NCBI GenBank assembly: GCA_002269645.1
Contig: NIVC01002602.1
Location: 93,850 to 157,849 of the forward strand
Length of the DNA stretch: 64,000 nucleotides
From: Macrostomum lignano
Taxonomy: Eukaryota
Direction of reading: 5' to 3'
Position numbers and translations under genes: made by a program. Positions 51,716 to 60,727 of this stretch are shown here, one piece after another. The notes under the pieces were generated by a model. It searched no databases and was not told the origin of the DNA. It saw nothing but the letters and a program-made list of their open reading frames with translations. Each line of letters begins with the position of its first letter. Within the stretch, counting starts at the first letter, position 1.

Positions 51716-51933
51716 AGGCCAAACGACACGTCTATACTTTCAGTACCAGAACCAGTACCAGAACTAGTACCAAAAAATAAAACACAAAATACAAGTAAAA
51801 AACGAAAAATAACCAAGAAACATGTCTGAAATAGTACAAAATAAACTCTAGCAATTATTATATGCGTTAACACTGGTTTACCATATTTCGTTTAAGCGAA
51901 TTCTACATACATAATAACTTTATAACCAAAATA

Positions 51934-53697
51934 ACGTATGAAACATTCGCCGACACTTATTCAGACACTTCTACAGACACTTTAGTTTCTGTCGTACGGT
52001 TAGGAACAAGCATTAAATTTGTCTAGGACACTTCCTAATTCATATTTAATGAAATAAAGCAGTCCATGCATAGTTTTAATTTTGAAATTTTGTTTTTGTG
52101 CACTCGTTCCAGACTTTCAAATTATGGCTTTTATCGCGTAGCGTGCACATGCATCGTGTACAACGATTAGCTGCAGTGTGCTAAATAGTTCACTGAGGTA
52201 TTAAAAGCGTACAAGGAGACGAACCTCAAGTATTTGTACATTTTAGTTGAAGTTAAAAGTTCAAGCTTTTAGTGAATCATTGGAAAATAAAACTATCCAT
52301 TTTAAATCGTGCAACATATTGTTTTGTCTTGGACATTTGTGACACTGTCACTTAGGGTTGCAAGGTTTTTAAAAAGAGAAACTGTTGCTTTTCCAATGCT
52401 GAAGTATTTGTGTTGTATGGATCAGGGTTTTTCGTCAAAATTTGGATGCATGTATACATCTAAACATGTATATGCAGATGGAAATATAATAATCAAGATG
52501 CCATATGTATATTTGCCAACATTTTCAGATTTTGTATAAAAATGATCAAGGTTGAGGATTACCCTATGGTATAACTGTTTTCTCCATTTTACTATTTCAA
52601 AGTGCCCACGTGAAGTTAGATTTAGCATGCCAGCCTTAAAAAATAAAAAAATCTACATAGTGTATAATTGTATACTCTTTTATTTAAGGCTATATTATAT
52701 TCCCAATATATTTGCTTAGATAAATCAAAAAGTATTTACTTTACTTGAAAAAAATAATGTTCACTACAAATATTTCAATGTAGAAACCAGGAAACATAAA
52801 CCTATCAAGTCTTATATAGAAATGAAGGATAAAGATATGGATAGAATATAATAAAGCCATTGTGGGCATTAAATATAAAACAAAAGAACCACTTAAGGCA
52901 AAATTTGAAAAAAGTGAATTTTTGGCATGCTCCAAGAAAAGAGGCTTATAATTTGAAATATTTTTGCTTTTGTTTGACAAAAAATATGTATAGATTTATA
53001 CTTTTAGGCAAGGTTTATTTTCTCTTAAAATTCTAATTGTAAATTTGCCAGTAAGCTTAAAAATTGTTGTAAGTTGAAGCTCAAATAAAATTAGTCTTAA
53101 CTCCAATCTGACTTTCCAAAGTAAATCCCTAAATTATTTGTTACAATTGCTTTTAAAAACTTGCCATTTCATTCATTCATTAATCAAAATTTTGTTCTAG
53201 AAACTGATACCTATAGAAGGTTTATAGTTTTTAAGAAATCTAGTAACTAGTGTCAGAGAAATATGTTTATATAGGTTTTATATATATCAACCTTATATAT
53301 AAAAAAGGTTGCACACTGAGATTTAAATACAGCTTCTAACATGTGTGTCCAGAGGTGAGATTATGGCCAACTGCACACCAATGGCATACCAACTCCATAC
53401 TGACATGCCAACTGTATACCAACTGTATACAAACACCATATCAACTCCATACCAATATGCCAACTGCATACCAACTCCATACCAACTGCATACCAACTCC
53501 ATACCAACATGCCAACTGCATACCAACTACATACCAACTGTATGCCAACTGCATACCAACTCCATACCAACATGCCAACTGCATACCAACTCCATACCAA
53601 CTGCATGCCAACTGCATACCAACTACATACCAACTACATACCAACTATACCAACTGTATACCAACACCATACCAACTCCATACCAACTCCATACCAA
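51934..53697 (+). repeat. Left terminal inverted repeat (unique part about 51934-53380 plus about 320-bp 11-bp array)
   Basis: Reverse complement of 60728-63269; substitutions seen at 52299, 52330 and 52889; array unit CCAACT(G/C)CATA. Confidence 0.9.
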
Positions 53698-53907
53698 GAA
53701 TGTTAAATTGCGAGACTCGTAGGAACTTTTAGGTTCTCTTTTTGTACAACTCTTGGGATACTTCTGCCATGTTGCCATCTTTCCTGACTCTTTTGATGAC
53801 TAAAATCGCACTCTTCCATATTCTAGGACCAGTTATTACAAGGCCCACCGGATGCTGTTCTGCCTTGTGTAGGTGCGGTCCTACCATGCCCTTCTCTTTC
53901 TGTCATT

Positions 53908-54816
53908 GTGACGTTCAACAACAGCGATGAACTATCGATTCAGTCGGTTTGCCAGAGGCTTTGCGTTTGCTCACGTTCATTTAATTTTAATCATTCTAAT
54001 ATCCGTGTGCGAGACGGATTTCGTAGGTGCGGACGTGATCGAGTGTCTGTTGTCCAATTAATAACCGATCCTAGCAAGGTTGCATTTTTGCACGGTGTGT
54101 ATGGTTGTGGAAACAAAGGCCACCGTGGTAATGGCATTGCTTGGCTGCAGCGTGTAACTAAGCCACATCTGACGCAGTCAGTTGTCCTACGTCGAGAGAT
54201 TCCGGGTCACCATTTTCAAAGTTCAAAGCGACTGCGGAAGCAAGTTTTGCAGAGCTTTCGGCTCCTTATTTCTTCATGTGATGTGTCTGTTCTTCGTTCT
54301 CTGCTCGTTGTCTCGCGCGGCTTCAGTCAGCTACAATCGACTGTGCACCGTCGGCGTTTCATGCAGCGGCGATCACGCCCAACTGATGAGGAGCAGCGGC
54401 AGCACGCGCTGCAAGACGAGCAGCGGCATTTCGAGCTGGATGAACAGCGGCATCCGCAGATACAGGACGGCCAACGGCAACTCGCACTGCAGGAGGAGCC
54501 GCGGCAGCTCGAGCTGGATGAACAGCGGCATCCGCAGATACAGGACGGCCAACGGCAACTCGCACTGCAGGAGGAGCCGCGGCAGCTCGAGCTGGATGAA
54601 CAGCGGCATCCGCAGATACAGGACGGCCAACGGCAACTCGCACTGCAGGAGGAGCCGCGGCAGCTCGAGCTGGCTGAACAGCGGCAGTCCCAACAGTACG
54701 AGTGTCCCGCTCTTGGACCACTAAAACCAATGCGTCGGAGATCGCAGAGGCCCCAGAGATCTTTAAGGTCGGTCCAACCAGCGATGTCATTGCGCTCGCG
54801 AACGAGGCATGTGTAG
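53908..54816 (+). CDS. Transposon accessory ORF: F-box-like segment followed by three 25-aa Q/E-rich repeats
   Basis: 302-codon open frame (GTG start; first ATG at 54361; 5' end unresolved). GC-rich codons in the 75-bp x3 repeat (54436-54680); segment ISSCDVSVLRSLLVVSRGFSQL at about 54268-54333. Confidence 0.45.
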   Translation: MTFNNSDELSIQSVCQRLCVCSRSFNFNHSNIRVRDGFRRCGRDRVSVVQLITDPSKVAFLHGVYGCGNKGHRGNGIAWLQRVTKPHLTQSVVLRREIPGHHFQSSKRLRKQVLQSFRLLISSCDVSVLRSLLVVSRGFSQLQSTVHRRRFMQRRSRPTDEEQRQHALQDEQRHFELDEQRHPQIQDGQRQLALQEEPRQLELDEQRHPQIQDGQRQLALQEEPRQLELDEQRHPQIQDGQRQLALQEEPRQLELAEQRQSQQYECPALGPLKPMRRRSQRPQRSLRSVQPAMSLRSRTRHV

Positions 54817-54980
54817 TGTGAGCATCTTTTGCGTGTATTTTGTTAGGTAATTGATTGTATTAGTTTCTATATTGTTATTGAATTATTATTTTGCTTTAGT
54901 TAGTCATGCGTTTTTGATGTACTTTTCTCTTGTTAGTTAGAATCTAAAATTGTAAACAGGTTAGAGTTAGACGCCAAATT

Positions 54981-55993
54981 TGTGACTCAGCGGAGGGTTG
55001 AGTTTTCTGCGAACCCCAGCTTTGCGCGGTCAGCCAATCAGAACCGGCCTGGACCCTGGCACGCGGCAAGTTCCAGTTCTACCCGGCGCCGCGGGCACAG
55101 TGCAAATCGGCTTAAGCAAGCGGCCGGCCAGACGACCACCACCCGGCTTGAGGGGGGTTGTGAGGGTTTGACTCTGACTATATATGAAAGTGTATTTGGC
55201 AATCGGATCTCGCCTTCTTTTCCCGGTTCTTGGTTTTGTCCAGCTTCCCGGCCGGTGGCCTGTTTCCCTTTGGTTCGCGCTTTGAGGCGTTTTGAATTCG
55301 TCACCCCCGGTCCATACCTTTGTTCCCCGCCCAACCGCTTTAGTCTTGTAGCGTAACGATTCGGCATCCTTGTCTGACGTCGTCGCTATCAAGCGCGGTT
55401 TAGATAGAGACTGTCGGATCTGATCAAGTACGCGGCCTCGACCCGAGGGCCTCAGTGTCACACTGAAGGGCAGCGCTTATAGAATTTAGTCAGTGCTCCG
55501 TTGAACAGTCGATTCGGCAGTGCTCTTGTTTGAGAGTAGGTTCTGGTTTAGGCCAGGGGTTAGGAGTCTTCTCCGTGGTCGTGTTCGGTTCCTCTTCCTC
55601 TTCTTCTCAGCTGAGATCTGCTTGCCAGTTGCGTAATCTAATTATTATTGTTAACCGTTATCGTCGTTTTGTCAACTCAGTTATCTGCGCCGCTTTGAAC
55701 TTGAATCTTGTAACTATTGAATGTGTCAAATTAAACCGTCAAGTCAATTGCTTATTAGCTATTCTTATAGGATTATCACTCCCTAAATCTTTCGGTTCGT
55801 GTTCCCTCGTGTTCTTTCTTTTCTTGTACTGTACCTGCGGCTATTGGAGAAAGACTGGTAGGACTCGCCGACCGGCGATAGGCAATTAGGGCCAATAGCT
55901 TTAAAATCTCCGAACGCTTCAAGTAGGTTTGTCTAGGGCCTAAATAATTGCTCACCGTGCATGCTATTTATCTAATTGCCTTTATTTATCACA
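54981..55993 (+). mobile_element. Possible solo-LTR-like insert inside the transposon
   Basis: TGTGA...TCACA ends, CCAAT at 55034, TATATAT at 55179, no ORF; no matching TSD (AAATT vs CATGA). Confidence 0.25.
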
Positions 55994-56818
55994 CATGAGT
56001 AACATACTAGGATGATGCGTGACGGTATATCGGATGCGTGTTGAATAACAGTTTGTCCAGCTTCTTTTGCACGAAAATAAGAACGCTGGTATTCGAGCAT
56101 TAAACAAAGTCATACCTTCGTATAGCTTATTGGCTGATCTATTGTACCATGCAACAATTTTCATTGCAACAAAGTATGTAGTTGAATGACTTCAGCGTAG
56201 TAGTAACTATGAGACAAGTACCTTATGTGGTTTTTAATCTATACTTCCTTGAACGATTAATTGTAGTTTATACTTATATTTGAACAGTTTTATTTCCTTT
56301 ACTCGTATTAGTTGTCAGTCCTTGTGTTGAAATAAATTCTTTCGGATAAATAAAGCAAAGGAATGTTTCATGGCACGTATTTCGTTGATTGGAACAATTT
56401 TTTTGTGACATTTATTGGCCTATAAGTGATAAGTGACAGGTGTACAGGTTTCACAGGCCAAAAAAATTACGATTATACTCAAATGGAGAGTATTTAGCTG
56501 CCAGAAAAGAGTATATAGTAGACACTACAAGTTTTAGAACTCACGTTGTCCAAACGGTTTACTAACGGCGTTTAGTCCCAGCTTTTAGCGCATACAGAAA
56601 AATAGAGAATTATAAAATGGCGGTAAACTATAAAATGCAAATCCGTACATGTATATATGTAGACCTTTTCAACACAGTTAAAAGTTTTTGTTATCAATAC
56701 ATTACACAGCACGATCATCAGTTATGAATTTATACTTTCAACGGCATAATACCATTACAAACACGAATAAACTCAAGAAAATAAGTAAACCGTCCACATT
56801 ATGTTAATAACACGGAGA

Positions 56819-57916
56819 TCACCAACACGTTAGCCGTAAAAAAAGAGCGCAGCAGTTTCGCTTCACGTCATTGAATGCCGCTGACAAAGATACTTTTCGT
56901 ACAGTCAAATCACTGACACAGTAGCTAGTGCGGCCACAGAATACGTATGCAATATAGTGACCACTATTCACGCGACTACCAATGTGAACGATGAATGCAC
57001 GAAGCTTGTAGCTTCTGCCACTCAAAGTAAGCTTCATCTCGATGGGTACAACTTTAGTGTTCTTCTCGAATAGTACAGTTTGTCCCTTTCTGCGCTTGAC
57101 AGAGACTCGGCTAATTCCCATGCATATGTGCTCCGACGTTGTTGCAAGTGTTTGTGCATAGCTGCACCCCCGACGTCGCAAGTCGGACAACGGATGTCGG
57201 TGTGGTCTTGAGTAGAAAACAGTGACTGTCTAATGAGTGCCGGGAAATCAAGCGAGTCGTCGTGATCAGGATTGATAAACGTAGAATAGTTGCCGTGTCT
57301 CTAGGTAGCAGTCGTGTCACTTTGAAACAGGCGGAACAACTCAAAGTTGTAGAAATCTACGAAATAAAAAAGATGGATAGGAACAGTACTCATGGTGCAA
57401 CTGTGAAGACCAACACACAGTGGAAGCGCGATTGAAAGGTATTCTTTGCCTTCCCATAAGTCAGCAAAGTATATACTGTCTTCGAAGGTAACTTACAAAT
57501 AAATTTAGATTCAGGATGCAGGCTTAAATCACTTTACTAAAACGCATTTAAATAGTCATAAACTTAATAAACCGTTCACCCTTACCTCGCAGCTAAATCG
57601 CGGTTTGAGCTCAGAAAGAAACAGCATTCCGGTCAGAAACTCTAAGGCACAGTTTTGTGCCATAGGATCCATATGAAATGCTTTACTGCACCACTGAAAC
57701 GCGGCTGAATGCAGCAACAGAACGTCTTTGCCTGTCATTAGGCAGTTAAGGAACAGCGCAAGTGGTGAATCTGCATCACACGATAGTGCGCTCGTTAATG
57801 TTGCAACCAAGCATTGACTGGCGGCATTGAAAGCACAATACGTGCCCGTCGGATTCGGTGGCCCTCTGGCGACCGTGGCGATAGTGCAGGAAATGACACC
57901 GCAGTGTCGGCGCGTC
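56819..57916 (-). pseudogene. USP/peptidase C19 (ubiquitin C-terminal hydrolase) domain inside the transposon; two exons, frameshifted as written
   Basis: Exon 57916-57586 has the Cys box GPPNPTGTYCAFNAASQCL and QNCALEFL; exon from 57356 has CSAC, SLDFPALIRQ..RCPTC, and the His box YKLRAFIVHIGSRVNSGHYIAY..VSDLTV. The second exon needs three single-base corrections (about 57270, 57157, 56840). Confidence 0.75.
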
Positions 57917-58321
57917 CTAATAAAATTGGCGGTTAGGAACGAATTTACCATCAAAATGTCCCAGTGAACAGCCCAGTCACATCCATTTAACAACAAAAAA
58001 TGCGCCTCGACGTAAGCAAAAGAAACGAAACTTAAAAGTACAAATACTTATGGAAAGCAACATGTTGAATGCTAATTCATGGAAATTAGTAAAACTTAAA
58101 AGGGCATAATCGGTGACACGAAAAGCAAAAAATGATGGAATCATAAACTTTAGATCTCTAATCAGAGAACAATCACGTAACAGAAACGTGCATCATACGG
58201 AACATGTTGGATTGTGCAATATAAATACCTGTGCCAGTCGAGACGGAGGAGGCCTACAAAGAGAGTTGATTGATAAGGTTGCACCTTACCCACAAGTTGC
58301 TGAGACATGGCACATACATTA

Positions 58322-60658
58322 CTACGACAGATCTAGTGGGAGACGCAAATTGTGGCGGAGTGAGTGTACGGCGTATACACAATACGTAAACCAATACAAG
58401 GGTTGACTGAAGGTATTTCTAAACTGAAAAAATGCAATTTCATCACTCACAATTTGCTCATCTGGTAGGCTCTGACAGGTGGTATTCTGTGCTGTTGGTG
58501 CAGGTGAAATGCCCGAGCGAGACCCACTTGCAGCAGGCGCAGCTAGAGTACAGGTCGTGCGTGCAATAGCAGGCCGAACCTGGACAATGACGGGCTGGCT
58601 GCCCGAGCGAGACCCACTTGCAGCAGGCGCAGCTAGAGTACAGGTCGTGGGTGCAACGGCTGGCGGAATTGATAATGCCGATTGAATGAAGCTGGTTCTT
58701 TGTCTTTTTGAGGCTCTTGACCTTTTCCAGGGATCTCCAGGTGGGTTTAACGGAGCATCAAAGCCACATTTGCGTCCTCTAGCACGCTTCGGGGGGCGAA
58801 TTGGATGTTGCTCGTGCTGCAACCGCTTCAGTTGCAGTTTTACGGTTGTTAGTTGCGCACGGACAAATCTTGGTAACCTGAGCCGAGAACTTGGAGAAGG
58901 CAGTGCTTCGCTTTTGCCCCAGCTGAACCATGATTCAACAGCGGCGTTGGTCACGTGTGCGCTACGATTTCCTCCAAACACTGCCACACTCCAAAGAGGA
59001 AACAGTGACATCCACTTTCGCAATACAACCTGAACAGCCTGAGGGTAGAAAAGATTGTTCAGCACGCCATTGCCATCGCTTGCTGTCACTTCGCTTGTCA
59101 AATCGTTGAAGTACTTCGCAAAAGGTGATGAGGCTCGTAGTCCAGTCTCCAATTCAGCCAATGCGACGTCTTCTTGCACTGCATTTGAGACATTAGCAGA
59201 ATCTTCAGCCACTTGGTTTTCATCAGGAATCTCCAACGAACTGAAGTCGAACCTACCATGTAGAATTTGTAAAGCCTTCAAAGTGGCAGGACCTACTCGC
59301 CTGGAGGTAAACACCTCGACCATTGCCTTCCAAACAGCTTGGGCGCAACGCAAAGTTTTCGACGTCACTAATAGTGCAAAAGAGAGCATGAACTCGCGAT
59401 AAGTAACCTTATCGATTTTATTTGGTGACTTCAAAGTCCTGGCAACAGCGCGCAGCAAATGCGAGCTACAGATAAACACAACAGGAGATTCAGGTGGCTT
59501 CAGATCAGCACTCCGAAGTCGATTGTACTGTACACGCAGGTAGTCTGTAACACAGGTCGTACATGCGGCTCGGAGAATACCATGAATGAAAACCCAGCTA
59601 AAGTCAGACACGTAGATTTGCGGACCTTTCTTGGGTAGTTCCCACAGTCCTATGTTGCAGTGACGAGCGAAATCTGCTAAAAAATGCATTAGCCAACTGG
59701 ACACATTTTCCGAGCGCGTGACCTCCATGATGCTTTCTGATACAGCTGTTCTCTTTATATCCGGGGTTGCAACAACAGCACTGCACAGAAGTACAGTGCT
59801 CGGCACGTTCTGGGTCTGTCGCACAATTCCGCCGGTGGAGTCTAAGTGGAGAGGAGCAAGCTGATTGCCTTTCAGCACGTCGCGAAGCAAATCCAACTGC
59901 ATGGAGGTATGGAGAATCACACCAACTGGTGCAACGTCAATCTTTTGGATATAGCCGCTAATGACTCCATCCTCGTTTATAGTCAACTTCCAGTCTTTCA
60001 TTTGGAGTCTTAAATCTCTTATGTCGTCTGGAGACTTGTCGTCGGCAGCTTTTGTCCGACTAACAGTTGTACGGACAGCAGATAGAGAGCATGCTTCGCT
60101 ACCAAACAGCTCGATTGCTTTCACATAGATCTGCGTTGGCTTGGCAGCAGCGTTGTTGGCCTGAGATAAAACAAAGTTACGGCACTCTTGTGAACCTCGT
60201 TGCCACAGATAGCGATAAGAGGAACAACTTGATGGAACATCATTCCTCGAGTGCTCTGAGATTCTTCGTAGCGTCAGTGTAGAGGACTGCCCATCAGTCG
60301 GCGCCTTGTTTAAGGTGACGACGAATGCCATACTGCAACCAGAGCCTTCGGCACAGACTAGGCGCATCCAAAGAAAACTGCAGTCCTTCCGATGGCGCTT
60401 AAATGCACGCAGTCTAACCTTATTAACTGAGAACTGACAATACTCACCATGCTGTCTTAACAGTAGATAAATGACTTCATCAAACCAAGAAGGCTTAAGT
60501 TTACAAGTTCTTGTATCAAAGTGATTCACGAAGAGATTAGTTGATATGCATGATTCCACAAAAACACCTCCAGCAGAAAAAACTTGTGCACCAGCAGCAC
60601 CTGACTGGTCACCGCTAATGGCTTCAGAAGTGTCGTACACACTTTTCTTCGCTGCCAT
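58322..60658 (-). CDS. MULE/NOF-like DDE transposase (778-aa open frame)
   Basis: N-terminal Cys/His region (VCAEGSGC...SEH), GYIQKIDVAPVGVILHTSMQL, LHLDSTGG (D, about 59841), VSDFSWVFIH (D, about 59604), FICSSHLL (CxxH, about 59465), NAAVESWF (E, about 58935), which is the MULE catalytic signature. Confidence 0.85.
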   Translation of the reverse strand: MAAKKSVYDTSEAISGDQSGAAGAQVFSAGGVFVESCISTNLFVNHFDTRTCKLKPSWFDEVIYLLLRQHGEYCQFSVNKVRLRAFKRHRKDCSFLWMRLVCAEGSGCSMAFVVTLNKAPTDGQSSTLTLRRISEHSRNDVPSSCSSYRYLWQRGSQECRNFVLSQANNAAAKPTQIYVKAIELFGSEACSLSAVRTTVSRTKAADDKSPDDIRDLRLQMKDWKLTINEDGVISGYIQKIDVAPVGVILHTSMQLDLLRDVLKGNQLAPLHLDSTGGIVRQTQNVPSTVLLCSAVVATPDIKRTAVSESIMEVTRSENVSSWLMHFLADFARHCNIGLWELPKKGPQIYVSDFSWVFIHGILRAACTTCVTDYLRVQYNRLRSADLKPPESPVVFICSSHLLRAVARTLKSPNKIDKVTYREFMLSFALLVTSKTLRCAQAVWKAMVEVFTSRRVGPATLKALQILHGRFDFSSLEIPDENQVAEDSANVSNAVQEDVALAELETGLRASSPFAKYFNDLTSEVTASDGNGVLNNLFYPQAVQVVLRKWMSLFPLWSVAVFGGNRSAHVTNAAVESWFSWGKSEALPSPSSRLRLPRFVRAQLTTVKLQLKRLQHEQHPIRPPKRARGRKCGFDAPLNPPGDPWKRSRASKRQRTSFIQSALSIPPAVAPTTCTLAAPAASGSRSGSQPVIVQVRPAIARTTCTLAAPAASGSRSGISPAPTAQNTTCQSLPDEQIVSDEIAFFQFRNTFSQPLYWFTYCVYAVHSLRHNLRLPLDLS

Positions 60659-60727
60659 GCAAAGAAGCCTGAAACATGAAACAATGGTATGAATTTGCCA
60701 TGTTTTCGTTTAGTGTGGCATAATATA

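Noticed and set aside
52016-52028. AATTTGTCTAG, identical to the U7 snRNA Sm site, near an SLBP gene
   Set aside because: It lies inside the transposon TIR and lacks the 5' histone-downstream-element complement and the 3' stem-loop.
52309-52980. Small ORFs mirrored at 62224-62894
   Set aside because: Mirror images arising from the TIRs; AT-rich and non-coding in appearance.
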